A program made the position numbers and the translations under genes. From Escherichia coli (lineage in GTDB: Bacteria; Pseudomonadota; Gammaproteobacteria; Enterobacterales; Enterobacteriaceae), in NCBI RefSeq assembly GCF_030013595.1, contig NZ_CP122768.1: a DNA stretch of 64,000 nt; one strand, written 5' to 3'. The notes beneath the pieces are model-generated. The model ran no database searches and was not told the DNA's origin. It worked only from the letters and a program-made list of their open reading frames with translations. Below, piece by piece: positions 21,242 to 35,432 of this stretch (position 1 is the stretch's first letter; each line of letters begins with the position of its first letter).

Positions 21242-21367
21242 TATTTGCCTCCGTTTATGGTGTGGTGTGTTTCCTCGCTTACCTTAATTTTCATCTCAAT
21301 GAGAAAGATATTAGCAGAGGTAACCTAAACGAAGGCTGAATTAAATTTTTATTGTGTTCGACTTAAA

Positions 21368-22555
21368 TCAACAAAGCGCGGGCTGCCCCCACGGTCTTGC
21401 ACGAATTCCTTTTAACATAAGCACCCACGCAGCAATGATCACCAACGCTAAGATGATAAACAGCGAGAAAGGCGGCAGACTGGTAAGCACTATGCCACTC
21501 ACTAATGGGTTAATCGCCGCACCAAGCCAGCCTAAAGACTGAGCGGAAAAATAGCTGGCTTTCATTCCTGGCGGTGCAATATGGTCAATCAACATATACT
21601 CGCCCGGCGCATAAATGATTTCACCGACAGTAAATACCGCAGCTGACATACCCCACAATAGCAGGCTGTTGCCGGAAAAAATAAAACCGACCAGCCCAAT
21701 GACGAAACAGAGGGTGCCTGCTGTCATCAGCGCGCGGATGTTAGCCGGGTTAAGGCGGCGGCCCACGGAATATTGCAACGTAACCACCATGGCAGCATTC
21801 ACCGGAAGAACAACCGCGACCACCTTTTCGGCAAAATCACCATCAGCAATCACCATCACATATTGTGAAATGCATGAAGCAAATGCGCCGCTAACAAAAG
21901 AAGCCAGAAAGCCAGAGCAGGTAAACCACAACAGTGCTTTATCTTGTAATAAAACTTTCGGCGACCAGACACTGCCTGTTTCCGTGGCGATGATTTTCTC
22001 GCTGCGCTTTACCCAAATTTGAATGAAAAGCATGGGAAACGCGGAACAGATAGCTGCCAGCCAAAAGGGCAGATTGATGCTCTGCATCACCAACAGCGTG
22101 CCGAGCGGCGGACCGATGGTCCAGCCAATGTTGAGCATGGTGTAGTTGATTGAGAAGATTTTCGTTTTGCTGGTGGAGGAAAGATTGTCGGCAAACCAGG
22201 CTTTCAACACGGTAGCAAAAACGGAATAGGCGCAGTTAATAAGGGCAAAAAAGAGCACCACCAGCGTCACGTTATTCACTAAAGGAATGGCAATAAAACC
22301 GCTGGCGAAGGCGGTAATTGCAAGTAACATATAGCGTTTCTTGTCGAACTTATCCGCCAGGATACCAAAACCGAGGCTAAAAACGACGCCAATAGTGAGC
22401 GCAATTGTCATCGCATAACCGATTAGATCGACACTCAGGCTGTACTGGCGACTCAAGTAAATGGTCATAAACGGCAGCGTAGCGCCGCGTCCGATGGTTA
22501 ATAACAACGACGAGGCAAGAAGGGCGCTGGTAGAGCGTCGTAGGGATAAGTTCAT
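21368..22555 (-). CDS. ydeE: MFS dipeptide exporter YdeE
   Basis: 395-aa polytopic MFS protein at the expected position. Confidence 0.85.
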   Translation of the reverse strand: MNLSLRRSTSALLASSLLLTIGRGATLPFMTIYLSRQYSLSVDLIGYAMTIALTIGVVFSLGFGILADKFDKKRYMLLAITAFASGFIAIPLVNNVTLVVLFFALINCAYSVFATVLKAWFADNLSSTSKTKIFSINYTMLNIGWTIGPPLGTLLVMQSINLPFWLAAICSAFPMLFIQIWVKRSEKIIATETGSVWSPKVLLQDKALLWFTCSGFLASFVSGAFASCISQYVMVIADGDFAEKVVAVVLPVNAAMVVTLQYSVGRRLNPANIRALMTAGTLCFVIGLVGFIFSGNSLLLWGMSAAVFTVGEIIYAPGEYMLIDHIAPPGMKASYFSAQSLGWLGAAINPLVSGIVLTSLPPFSLFIILALVIIAAWVLMLKGIRARPWGQPALC

Positions 22556-22749
22556 TTGTCTGTCCGGCAGTGCGTTTCGTTATGTTTTGTTTTAGAGATG
22601 TAAAGAAATAGCATGGCAAAAATCCGAAGTATAGCGACTTATTTGCGCATTAATGCCGTCGTAATCGGCGACTAACGAATCAACTGTTAAAGAAAAGTAA
22701 ATTCAGCTAAGTTGATTGCTTACAAAAGATGAAATTCAGAGGCGGTAGA

Positions 22750-23649
22750 ATGTCGCGAAAAGATGGGGTGTTGGCGCTACTGGTAGTGGTCGTATGGGGG
22801 CTAAATTTTGTGGTCATCAAAGTGGGGCTTCATAACATGCCACCGCTGATGCTGGCCGGTTTGCGCTTTATGCTGGTCGCTTTTCCGGCCATCTTTTTTG
22901 TCGCACGACCGAAAGTACCACTGAATTTGTTGCTGGGGTATGGATTAACCATCAGTTTTGCGCAGTTTGCTTTTCTTTTTTGTGCCATTAACTTCGGTAT
23001 GCCTGCTGGACTGGCTTCGCTGGTGTTACAGGCACAGGCGTTTTTTACTATCGTACTTGGCGCATTTACTTTCGGTGAGCGGCTGCATGGCAAACAATTG
23101 GCGGGGATTGCCTTAGCGATTTTTGGCGTACTGGTGTTAATCGAAGATAGTCTGAACGGTCAGCATGTGGCGATGCTCGGCTTTATGTTGACCCTGGCGG
23201 CAGCATTTAGTTGGGCGTGTGGCAACATCTTCAATAAAAAGATCATGTCGCACTCAACGCGCCCGGCGGTGATGTCGCTGGTAATCTGGAGCGCATTAAT
23301 CCCAATCATTCCCTTCTTTGTTGCCTCGCTGATTCTCGATGGTTCCGCAACCATGATTCACAGTCTGGTCACTATCGATATGACCACCATCTTGTCTCTG
23401 ATGTATCTGGCGTTTGTGGCGACAATTGTTGGTTATGGGATCTGGGGGACGTTACTGGGACGCTATGAAACCTGGCGGGTTGCACCGTTATCGTTACTGG
23501 TGCCCGTAGTAGGACTGGCAAGTGCGGCACTATTGTTGGATGAACGCTTAACGGGTCTACAATTTTTCGGTGCGGTGCTCATTATGACCGGGCTGTATAT
23601 CAATGTATTTGGCTTGCGGTGGCGTAAAGCGGTAAAGGTTAGAGGCTAA
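22750..23649 (+). CDS. eamA: Cysteine/O-acetylserine exporter EamA (DMT superfamily)
   Basis: ORF track 306 aa; trimmed to the 299-aa form starting MSRKDGVLALLVVVVWGLNF. Confidence 0.85.
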   Translation: MSRKDGVLALLVVVVWGLNFVVIKVGLHNMPPLMLAGLRFMLVAFPAIFFVARPKVPLNLLLGYGLTISFAQFAFLFCAINFGMPAGLASLVLQAQAFFTIVLGAFTFGERLHGKQLAGIALAIFGVLVLIEDSLNGQHVAMLGFMLTLAAAFSWACGNIFNKKIMSHSTRPAVMSLVIWSALIPIIPFFVASLILDGSATMIHSLVTIDMTTILSLMYLAFVATIVGYGIWGTLLGRYETWRVAPLSLLVPVVGLASAALLLDERLTGLQFFGAVLIMTGLYINVFGLRWRKAVKVRG

Positions 23650-23693
23650 ACCATACGCACAGAATGTGATGCCAGCACTCTGTGCGTATGCTT

Positions 23694-24392
23694 TTATCGC
23701 GGGAAAAAGTACTTTACCTGGAACTCGAAAATATTGCTGTAAAGTAACGAATAATCCAGCGGAATAGAGTTACTGTCCACAGCCTGGGTCTGAATTTTAA
23801 GTATGGGATCCCGTGGGCTGATCCGTAAAATACTGGCGATTTCTGGGGTAGGAAAAGTAGGGGAGAAAGTTTCAAAGGTGCCAATGATTTTGATCCCGCA
23901 TTCGTTCTCAATATACGAAAATTTGGATTTTTGCATATGTGCTACGGTTAAATCAGGAAAACGTGCCACTGACATCCACGTTTCTTCTAATTGTGCTGCA
24001 TTATCCTCAATGAATCGCAGTCTCTTTATGTAATAAACCTGCTCACCAGTCACTAAATTCAGCTCAGTCGCAATAGGGGGAGAAGCATCCTGCACTTCAA
24101 ATTTCATAATCTGACTTCCTGCCTCCTTGCCGCTTTTATGCGCAATTTCACTGAAGCTGTTCATGTGATCAATGTGTGCAACAAAATTCTTTTTTTGAAT
24201 ATATGTTCCTGAACCATGCTTTCTATGAATAATTCCTTCGCCTTCCAGCAAGGATAATGCCTTACGCAGGGTATTACGCGAAACATTATAACGAACAGCG
24301 AGTTCAGCTTCTGACGGCAACAAATCACCAACATGCCATGAATAGCCATTGATCTCGGATTTAAGTAAGCGGGCAATCTTTTGAAAAATCAC
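23694..24392 (-). CDS. bgcR: GntR/HutC-family regulator (UTRA effector domain) of the beta-glucoside islet
   Basis: 232 aa; N-terminal GntR HTH (LPSEAELAVRYNVSRNTLRKAL); divergent from the PTS genes. Name recalled from the described bgc operon. Confidence 0.7.
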   Translation of the reverse strand: MIFQKIARLLKSEINGYSWHVGDLLPSEAELAVRYNVSRNTLRKALSLLEGEGIIHRKHGSGTYIQKKNFVAHIDHMNSFSEIAHKSGKEAGSQIMKFEVQDASPPIATELNLVTGEQVYYIKRLRFIEDNAAQLEETWMSVARFPDLTVAHMQKSKFSYIENECGIKIIGTFETFSPTFPTPEIASILRISPRDPILKIQTQAVDSNSIPLDYSLLYSNIFEFQVKYFFPR

Positions 24393-24590
24393 TTTTGCAC
24401 CTTTTAAGAGCCATTGAAAACAAGGAGTTGAGTCCTGATTGGTTTATCGTATGGCCGAGTCGTTTAATTATTACCCTGATGTTGAACAACTTTATTGCTG
24501 TATTACTGTGATCAATGTACCAGGACGTATAGCTACTGCGGGATATGATATTTACACAATGTAATCTGTTATATACCAGTAAGGGAAAAT

Positions 24591-24902
24591 ATGAAAAAGA
24601 TATTGTTAGTTTGCGCTGCGGGCATGTCAACCAGTATGCTGGTTAAACGTATGATTGATCATGCTAACGCTATTTCACTTGAAGTTAATATTTCCGCATT
24701 GGCGATTGCAGAGGCTAAAGGGAAAATTAAAAATAACGAAGTTGACGTTGTTTTACTTGGCCCGCAAGTTCGCTTTCAGAAACCAGAGATTGAAGCTGTT
24801 GCACAGGGGAAAATGCCTGTAGCTGTTATCGAGATGAAAGACTATGGCACCATGAACGGACAGGCAGTTCTTGAATTTGCGATGAAACTACTGCAAGAGT
24901 AA
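24591..24902 (+). CDS. bgcE: PTS EIIB, lactose/cellobiose family
   Basis: 103 aa MKKILLVCAAGMSTSMLV with the IIB(Cel) phosphocysteine motif. Confidence 0.8.
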   Translation: MKKILLVCAAGMSTSMLVKRMIDHANAISLEVNISALAIAEAKGKIKNNEVDVVLLGPQVRFQKPEIEAVAQGKMPVAVIEMKDYGTMNGQAVLEFAMKLLQE

Positions 24903-25016
24903 GAATCTAATATTATTAAACTATTACCTGAACTAACTTTTCACACATCATAAAATGGATATGGCATACATGCTTTATTGGGATGTATAAATATCCAGAA
25001 CAACAGGTATAAAAAA

Positions 25017-26339
25017 ATGGGATTAATGACCTCATTCGAACGTGGAATGGAACGTTTTCTTGTTCCAGTTGCTATCAAGTTAAACTCACAAAAACATGTT
25101 GCAGCGGTGAGAGATGGATTCGTTTTTACGTTTCCAATTATCATGGCAAGCTCATTAATTATATTAATAAACTTTGCCATATTATCGCCAGACGGCTTTA
25201 TTGCCGGACTGCTGCATCTGAACAGCGTTTTTCCCAACCTTGAAAAAGCACAAGCTATTTTTACTCCGGTAATGAATGGCTCTGTAAATATCATGTCAAT
25301 TATGATTGCTTTCCTGGTCGCCAGAAATATGGCGATTAGCTATGAGCAAGATGATCTTTTATGCGGATTAACGGCAATAGGAGCATTTTTTATTGTTTAT
25401 ACGCCATATCAGATGATAGATGGGCAAGCATTCCTGACGACCAAATATCTCGGCGCACAGGGGTTGTTTGTTGCTGTTATCGTTGCATTAATCACCAGTG
25501 AAATATTTTGTCGCTTAGCTCGAAACCCAAAAATCACCATAACGATGCCGGCAGCTGTACCTCCTGCGGTAGCGCGTTCATTTAAAGTTTTATTGCCAAT
25601 ATTTTTTGTCATGGTGTTCTTTTCCGCACTTAATTATTGCCTGACACTGATATCCCCGGCAGGATTAAACGATCTCATTTACACATTAATCCAGACGCCG
25701 CTCAAACATATGGGAACGAATATCTTTGCGGTAATTATCCTGGGAGCTGTGGGTAATTTCCTGTGGGTGCTGGGTATCCACGGACCTAATACCACGTCGG
25801 CAATTCGAGAAACTGTTTTTTCTGAGGCTAATCTGGAGAATCTCTCCTGGGCCGCTCAACACGGCACTACCTGGGGCGCGCCATATCCGATTACCTGGAC
25901 TTCTATTAATGATGCATTCGCCAACTGCGGCGGTTCAGGTATGACGTTGGGATTATTGTTGGCTATTTTTATCGCGTCTAAGCGTGCGGAATACCGTGAT
26001 CTGGCAAAAATGTCGTTTATCCCCGGTATTTTCAATATCAATGAACCGATAATGTTCGGCCTTCCTATTGTACTTAACCCCATCATGATGGTGCCGTTTA
26101 TTCTGGTTCCCATTGTTAATTGTGCCATTGGTTACTTCTTTGTTTCGATGGAAATTATTCCACCGGTTGCTTATGCCGTGCCCTGGACTACGCCCGGACC
26201 TTTAATTGCTTTCCTCGGAACCGGGGGAAACTGGCTGGCGTTACTGGTGGGTTTTTTATGTTTAGGTGTGGCGACAATGATCTATTTACCTTTTGTTATT
26301 GCCGCCAACAAGGTCAATAACATGACAACTAACGGATAA
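25017..26339 (+). CDS. bgcF: PTS EIIC, lactose/cellobiose family permease
   Basis: About 440-aa polytopic membrane protein; start uncertain (ORF track starts at 24978; Met at 25017 or 25026 more likely). Confidence 0.8.
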   Translation: MGLMTSFERGMERFLVPVAIKLNSQKHVAAVRDGFVFTFPIIMASSLIILINFAILSPDGFIAGLLHLNSVFPNLEKAQAIFTPVMNGSVNIMSIMIAFLVARNMAISYEQDDLLCGLTAIGAFFIVYTPYQMIDGQAFLTTKYLGAQGLFVAVIVALITSEIFCRLARNPKITITMPAAVPPAVARSFKVLLPIFFVMVFFSALNYCLTLISPAGLNDLIYTLIQTPLKHMGTNIFAVIILGAVGNFLWVLGIHGPNTTSAIRETVFSEANLENLSWAAQHGTTWGAPYPITWTSINDAFANCGGSGMTLGLLLAIFIASKRAEYRDLAKMSFIPGIFNINEPIMFGLPIVLNPIMMVPFILVPIVNCAIGYFFVSMEIIPPVAYAVPWTTPGPLIAFLGTGGNWLALLVGFLCLGVATMIYLPFVIAANKVNNMTTNG

Positions 26340-26366
26340 TCCCATTTACACAGGAAGGAGATGTTG

Positions 26367-26678
26367 ATGTTTGCAGATGAAGAACTTGTTATGGAGTTAC
26401 TGATCAACGCGGGACAGGCACGTTCTGATGCGATGGAAGCCATACGTTGTGCCGGGCAAAAAGACTGGCAGGGCGCAACTCAGCTAATGGCCAGTTCGGA
26501 ATTAGCCTGTCTTCAGGCACATAAGATTCAGACCGCGTTAATTAGTCAGGATGAAGGTTGTGGCAAAATAGAAGTTAATTTAATTCTGGTTCATGCACAG
26601 GATCATTTGATGAATGCAATATTATGCCAGGATTTAGCCAGGGAAATTATTTCATTAAGAAAAGAGCTCCATCCCTGA
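26367..26678 (+). CDS. bgcI: PTS EIIA, lactose/cellobiose family
   Basis: About 104 aa; ...LVHAQDHLM... motif as in ChbA; GGAGG 7 nt upstream of this ATG. Confidence 0.8.
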   Translation: MFADEELVMELLINAGQARSDAMEAIRCAGQKDWQGATQLMASSELACLQAHKIQTALISQDEGCGKIEVNLILVHAQDHLMNAILCQDLAREIISLRKELHP

Positions 26679-26730
26679 TTTTTTCCTCCAGTGCGATAGC
26701 TGGAGGAAATTATTACACTCTTAAGGATAA

Positions 26731-29871
<3,141 letters not shown>

Positions 29872-29896
29872 GACTTCAGGAAGATATTACGGAGAT

Positions 29897-29922
29897 GTCA
29901 GGCTCTGTGATCAGAGCCTGAC
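29897..29922. terminator. Hairpin between convergent bgcA and marB
   Basis: Perfect 11-bp inverted repeat gtcaggctctg/cagagcctgac with a 4-nt loop. Confidence 0.5.
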
Positions 29923-29927
29923 AATAA

Positions 29928-30146
29928 CTACATAGCGTGTTGATTATAATAGGGCACGCCGAGCGCATCCGACTTATCACTGCCAGTATCCATGTGATTT
30001 AAATCAAACGGTGGCTGTTCCTGCGATGGGGGAACAACCACGACATTGGCACAGGAAGTAACAACCGGCTGCGTGGTTTGTTCCGCAATGCCCTGCGTGG
30101 AAAAGAGAATAAGCGCAGCTGCTATTGCGGATAAAAGTGGTTTCAT
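29928..30146 (-). CDS. marB: Multiple antibiotic resistance protein MarB (periplasmic, 72 aa)
   Basis: MKPLLSAIAAALILFSTQGIAEQTTQPVVTSCANVVVVPP... as recalled for MarB. Confidence 0.9.
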   Translation of the reverse strand: MKPLLSAIAAALILFSTQGIAEQTTQPVVTSCANVVVVPPSQEQPPFDLNHMDTGSDKSDALGVPYYNQHAM

Positions 30147-30177
30147 GATTGCCTCAGTGACGTTGTCACGTTATCAA

Positions 30178-30567
30178 CTAGCTGTTGTAATGATTTAATG
30201 GATGTAAAAAGCGCGATTCGCCCTGCATATTGGTCATCCGGTATTTATGCGGCGGAACATCAAAGTAATTTTTGAAGGTTCGGGTCAGAGTTTGTTGCGA
30301 CTCGAAGCCATATCGTTCTGCCAGATAGAGTATCGGCTCGTTACTTTCCTTCAGCTTTTGCGCGATTTCCGTCATCTTACGGCTGCGGATGTATTGGCCT
30401 AATGAATGACCGGTTTCTTTTTTAAACATCCGTTGCAGGTGCCATTTGGAGTAACCCGAACGCTCTGACACTTTCTCCAGTGACAGTGGCGATTCCAGGT
30501 TGTCCTCGATCCAGTCCAAAATGCTATGAATGGTAATAGCGTCAGTATTGCGTCTGGACATCGTCAT
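30178..30567 (-). CDS. marA: AraC/XylS-family transcriptional activator MarA
   Basis: ORF track 129 aa; K-12 form is 127 aa from [28 protein letters not shown], so the true start may be 6 nt inside. Confidence 0.9.
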
Positions 30568-30581
30568 ACCTCTTTTTTTGT

Positions 30582-31016
30582 TTACGGCAGGACTTTCTTA
30601 AGCAAATGCTCAAGTGTTGCCACTTCGTCCGCCGTCAGGTTTTTTGTTAATTCTTGATGCAGGTCCTGGCCAACTAATTGATGGCATTGTTCACATATTG
30701 CCGCGCCGCTGGTGGTAAGTTTTACCAGTACGCCGCGCTTGTCATTCGGGTTCGGCAACCTTTCCACCCAGCCTTTACAGACCAGGCGATCCAGCATACG
30801 GGTCAGCGCTCCCAGGTCGACCGACAACACTTTTTTCAGTTCAACCGGAGTAATACACGCCGCGCAGCGGATAGAGCAGAGCACCTTAAACTGTGCCGCG
30901 GTAATATCCAGCGGAGACAGATACTCATTAAGCAGGCGATCTTTCTTCTGATTAACCATATGGATTAAGCGACCCAATGGAATAATTTCATTGAACAGAT
31001 CGCTGGTACTTTTCAC
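30582..31016 (-). CDS. marR: MarR repressor of the mar operon
   Basis: 144 aa [46 protein letters not shown]... Confidence 0.9.
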
Positions 31017-31227
31017 ATTAGTTGCCCTGGCAAGTAATTAGTTGCAGGGGATAATATTGCCCAGGCAAGTATAAGTCAAATGAATGAATTGACCGATGCC
31101 ACGTTTTGCTAAATCGGTTCAAGTTTTGGTCAGTGCGATGCAAGGCTAGCTAAAGAGTGACACTTTATCGTTGTTTACCCCTTATACTTTTCGCTGATAA
31201 CCCAGATACACAGGATAACAACCACCA
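31017..31227. promoter_or_regulatory. marO divergent promoter/operator region between marR and marC
   Basis: Position only (established arrangement of the mar locus); individual MarR sites and marbox not mapped. Confidence 0.5.
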
Positions 31228-31893
31228 ATGTTAGATTTGTTTAAAGCAATAGGCCTGGGGCTGGTGGTGTTACTGCCGTTAGCTAACCCATTAACAACTG
31301 TCGCGTTATTTCTTGGCCTGGCAGGCAACATGAACAGTGCCGAACGTAATCGTCAGTCGTTGATGGCCTCGGTGTACGTATTTGCCATCATGATGGTGGC
31401 GTATTACGCCGGGCAACTGGTGATGGATACATTTGGCATTTCGATTCCCGGTCTGCGAATTGCAGGCGGCTTAATCGTCGCGTTTATCGGTTTTCGGATG
31501 CTCTTTCCGCAACAGAAAGCGATTGATTCACCGGAGGCGAAAAGCAAGTCGGAAGAGCTGGAAGATGAACCCAGCGCCAATATTGCTTTTGTACCACTGG
31601 CAATGCCAAGTACCGCCGGTCCGGGAACCATTGCAATGATTATTAGCTCGGCGTCCACAGTGCGTCAGAGTTCAACCTTCGCTGATTGGGTGCTGATGGT
31701 TGCGCCGCCGCTGATCTTTTTCCTGGTGGCGGTTATTTTGTGGGGAAGTCTACGCAGCTCTGGCGCAATTATGCGGCTGGTGGGTAAGGGGGGCATTGAA
31801 GCGATCTCCCGTCTGATGGGATTCCTGCTGGTATGTATGGGGGTGCAGTTTATTATTAACGGCATCCTGGAAATCATTAAAACGTACCACTAA
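31228..31893 (+). CDS. marC: Inner-membrane protein MarC (UPF0056 family)
   Basis: 221-aa multi-TM protein divergent from marRAB. Confidence 0.9.
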   Translation: MLDLFKAIGLGLVVLLPLANPLTTVALFLGLAGNMNSAERNRQSLMASVYVFAIMMVAYYAGQLVMDTFGISIPGLRIAGGLIVAFIGFRMLFPQQKAIDSPEAKSKSEELEDEPSANIAFVPLAMPSTAGPGTIAMIISSASTVRQSSTFADWVLMVAPPLIFFLVAVILWGSLRSSGAIMRLVGKGGIEAISRLMGFLLVCMGVQFIINGILEIIKTYH

Positions 31894-31916
31894 AAAAGGC
31901 CCAAATGGGCCTTTCA
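31893..31916. terminator. Bidirectional terminator hairpin between marC and sotB
   Basis: aaaggccc-AAAT-gggccttt hairpin flanked by an A-run and a T-run. Confidence 0.55.
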
Positions 31917-31917
31917 A

Positions 31918-33108
31918 CTATTGTGTCTGTTCTTCGAGTGTCACTGGCCAGCGGCGGAAAATGATGATTGACCATATTAACGCGGCAAAGGCAGGCACCG
32001 CGCCCACATAACCAATCATCGACATTGACCAGTGCAGACTTACCTGATTACCTACCAACGCACCCGCGCCGATTCCAATATTAAATATCCCCGAGAATAG
32101 CGCCATCGCGACGTCGGTGGCATCTGGTGCCAGCGCCAGCACTTTAACCTGCATACCAAGCCCGATGATCATCATCGCGATCCCCCAGAAAATACTTAGC
32201 ACCCCGAGGTGTATTTCACTGTTCGCCGCAGGTAGCAGCAGTGCGAGGCACACCAGCAACAACGCAATCGCCGTACTCACCAACGCAGACGCATACTGAT
32301 TACCCAGTTTCCCGAAAATCACGCTGCCAATAATGCCCGCACCACCGAGTAATAACAGTAATGCCGTGGCAAAGTTGGCGCTGAATCCCGCAATGTTTTG
32401 CACAAAAGGCTCGATATAGCTGTATGCCGTGTAATGGGCGGTGACAACCACCACAGTTAACAAATAAATGCTCATTAATGCCGGGCGGCGGAACAATAGC
32501 GGGAGGCTTTTCAATGAACCGGAATGCTCACTGGGCAGCAAGGGAAGTAACTTAATCAGGCACAAAAGGGTAATAAACGCCCCGATACCAATCGCGAAGA
32601 AGGTCATTCGCCAGCCAAAATACTGCCCCACAATGCGCCCGAGAGGTAAACCTAATACCATTGCCAGTGCTGTACCGGTGGCAATTAAACTCAACGCCTG
32701 CGCTCGCTTCCCGGCCGGAGCCATACGGATCGCCAGAGACGCCGTAATCGACCAGAAAATCGCATGTGCAAAAGCCACACCAATGCGACTGATCACCAGA
32801 ACGGTAAAGCTCCACGACAAAAACGACAGTACGTGGCTGGCAATAAATACCACAAACAGGCAGATCAGTAATTTGCGCCGTTCAACCTGGCTGGTCATTA
32901 ACATAAAAGGCAATGACATTAGCGCTACTACCCATGCGTAAATGGTCAACATAATGCCGACCTGAGCGGTTTGCATGTGAAAACTTTGCGCAATGTCAGA
33001 GAGCAGGCCAACTGGGACAAATTCGGTGGTGTTGAAGATGAAGGCGGCGACTGCCAGCGTAACGACCCGTAGCCACGCCACTTTGCGGGAAACAGTGTTT
33101 GTTGTCAT
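31918..33108 (-). CDS. sotB: MFS sugar efflux transporter SotB (YdeA)
   Basis: 396-aa 12-TM MFS protein. Confidence 0.85.
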   Translation of the reverse strand: MTTNTVSRKVAWLRVVTLAVAAFIFNTTEFVPVGLLSDIAQSFHMQTAQVGIMLTIYAWVVALMSLPFMLMTSQVERRKLLICLFVVFIASHVLSFLSWSFTVLVISRIGVAFAHAIFWSITASLAIRMAPAGKRAQALSLIATGTALAMVLGLPLGRIVGQYFGWRMTFFAIGIGAFITLLCLIKLLPLLPSEHSGSLKSLPLLFRRPALMSIYLLTVVVVTAHYTAYSYIEPFVQNIAGFSANFATALLLLLGGAGIIGSVIFGKLGNQYASALVSTAIALLLVCLALLLPAANSEIHLGVLSIFWGIAMMIIGLGMQVKVLALAPDATDVAMALFSGIFNIGIGAGALVGNQVSLHWSMSMIGYVGAVPAFAALIWSIIIFRRWPVTLEEQTQ

Positions 33109-33257
33109 AACAGATTATCGGGTGAGTTGCGAAAAAGTGATGAAATGATCTTAAAACGGTTAATGATGTGAATACAATGCATTTGTGATCTGGATCGCGT
33201 TTTCCGTTTCTCTGACGCTGATTCTTTCACGCGTCAGAGAGTCGGTCACATCACGGT

Positions 33258-34373
33258 TTAATAACGTTCAGGGAGGTCTGGCGTTTTGGAGGTTGCGGGT
33301 ATAGGTGGTCTGACAGGGGAGCGAGGCCTGTTTTTCACCAGGTCTTCATGAGTAACTTTTGGCGGCGTTTCATTTTTTACAAAAAGTTTGAGGGTCTTGC
33401 ACGCCATATGTTTGATGATTTTATCATCACTTAATGATGCTGGCATCAACACGTCAATCAAATCACTTTCATTGGGATTCATAAATTGGTGATAGTGCAA
33501 TAACATATTGGCGAAAAATAAAAACAAGTCCTGAAAATGTGGAAAATCTTGTTCTGCTAAAATGGATAAAAAGCAGATGCAGACTTCGGGTAGTACATGT
33601 TTGTTAGAACCTAGTGAATCCATCAGACTTTGCAATAAATCCTCTTTTAATTCGCTGTCCGTTATGTCGAGAATAGCGGTGAGCAAGTTAGGTTCTTTAT
33701 TCCCGAACCATCTGTGAACCTCAGAGTTATTCCATAATCGGGGGAGTATGACAAAATTACCGCGAGAGATAAAATTCAGGACAAGCAAATCAAACAGGCG
33801 TAAGTAATCTGCAGCGGTATGGTGATCCGGATGCAGGGGTTCAATATGTGGCGTATGCGCTCTTTTGATAGGAACGCCAGGGTTGATCATTGGAAATTGT
33901 TCAATAAAATCATTCAGAAACAGAAAGAGTACACGCTCGACGCCGGTCTGAAATACGCGCCCCATAGTGACAGGCTTTGGGTTGGGAGCGCAAAAAATAT
34001 TAATTTCCCCATCATGGCGGAAATTATCTAAATAAATAGGGCTTAAATTTATTACTACCTGAAATTCAATATTTTCTTTGTGTCTTCCATTCCTGGCAGG
34101 ATAAGTGAGTTTAAATTGAACTTTTTCATTGTATAGCGTGTCGTTACCCCGGAAAGAGGTTCTCTGAATATATGATAAGTTATCAAGGTTATTAAATATC
34201 TTTTTTGTGGCTGAGCTGATGTTTAAAGACGTACGCCACTCTTCATCACATATTATTGTACTTAGCGAATCAATAAAATCCTTTAAAACTTCTTTTACCT
34301 GAGGTGCAATATTACGAACGGGAAAATCATCAGGAAGAGATATGTAATTGCTGATGCTTACTGGCGTAACCAT
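33258..34373 (-). CDS. yneK: Uncharacterised protein YneK
   Basis: 371-aa ORF, no recognisable domain by eye, AT-rich; matches K-12 position and size of yneK. Confidence 0.7.
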   Translation of the reverse strand: MVTPVSISNYISLPDDFPVRNIAPQVKEVLKDFIDSLSTIICDEEWRTSLNISSATKKIFNNLDNLSYIQRTSFRGNDTLYNEKVQFKLTYPARNGRHKENIEFQVVINLSPIYLDNFRHDGEINIFCAPNPKPVTMGRVFQTGVERVLFLFLNDFIEQFPMINPGVPIKRAHTPHIEPLHPDHHTAADYLRLFDLLVLNFISRGNFVILPRLWNNSEVHRWFGNKEPNLLTAILDITDSELKEDLLQSLMDSLGSNKHVLPEVCICFLSILAEQDFPHFQDLFLFFANMLLHYHQFMNPNESDLIDVLMPASLSDDKIIKHMACKTLKLFVKNETPPKVTHEDLVKNRPRSPVRPPIPATSKTPDLPERY

Positions 34374-34456
34374 ATTTGCCCCATATAGTCATAAGTCATC
34401 GGAGCATCACTATATAGAGCATATTAGCCGCAAGAACTATCAAAAATAGCTCATTG

Positions 34457-35332
34457 CTAACTCTGTTTTGCCGAGTCAGACACATCCAGTAGTTGAATAA
34501 ATGCCTCAAGCGGACGCGTTTTTGCACCGCGACGCCAGACCAGCCATGTTGTTAACCAACGCCATTGCTCAGCTAACGGCCACGCTTCAACCTGGTGATG
34601 CCCCGGCATACTTTCCAGCATAGAGCGTGGAATAAGCGCAATGCCTGCTCCTGCGACCACACAGGCCAACATCCCGTGATACGACTCCATCTCGTGAATA
34701 GTTCCCGGAGCGGCACCGTCAGCATGAAACCAGCTCTCGAAGTGGCGACGATACGAACAATTGGCGCGGAAGGCATAAATGTTACTGCCATTAACCTGAC
34801 TGGCACGGGTTACTGGCGCATGTCCTTGTGGCGTGACAATCATCAGCTCCTCGCGGTACACCGGTATCCCGTCAATGGCAGTATGGTTAATGGGCCCATC
34901 AATAAACGCCGCATTCAGTTTTCCCTCCAGCACCCCTTCCAGCATAGTGCCGGAAGGGCCGGTGGAAAGTGAAAACTGAATTTTGGGATAACGACGGTTA
35001 AATTCCGCCAGCGTGGCCGGAATGCGCACTGCTGCGGTGCTTTCCAGCGAACCAAGAGAAAATAAACCTTGCGGCTCATCGCCAGCGACAACGCTCCGCG
35101 CTTCATCCACTAACGCGAGAATTTGTTGGCTATAGCGTAAAAAGTTATGCCCGGCAGGCGAGAGACGTAAACGCTGATTCTCGCGAATAAACAGATCAAC
35201 CCCCAGTTCTGTTTCCAGCTGGCGTAGACGGGTAGTGAGATTCGACGGCACGCGATGCACTTTTGCTGCAGCCTGGGTAATGCTGCCAGCTTCGGCAACC
35301 GCGTTGAACATCTCCAGTTGGGTCAGATCCAT
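34457..35332 (-). CDS. yneJ: LysR-family transcriptional regulator YneJ
   Basis: 291 aa with N-terminal LysR HTH; divergent from sad. Confidence 0.85.
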   Translation of the reverse strand: MDLTQLEMFNAVAEAGSITQAAAKVHRVPSNLTTRLRQLETELGVDLFIRENQRLRLSPAGHNFLRYSQQILALVDEARSVVAGDEPQGLFSLGSLESTAAVRIPATLAEFNRRYPKIQFSLSTGPSGTMLEGVLEGKLNAAFIDGPINHTAIDGIPVYREELMIVTPQGHAPVTRASQVNGSNIYAFRANCSYRRHFESWFHADGAAPGTIHEMESYHGMLACVVAGAGIALIPRSMLESMPGHHQVEAWPLAEQWRWLTTWLVWRRGAKTRPLEAFIQLLDVSDSAKQS

Positions 35333-35432
35333 AATATTCTCGATTCGTGAATAAGTGGCTTAATATTATTCATTTTAAAGCAAGAGTAAATCTGCGTATC
35401 TTTTTACCATAACTCATAAAGGAGATACCCCG

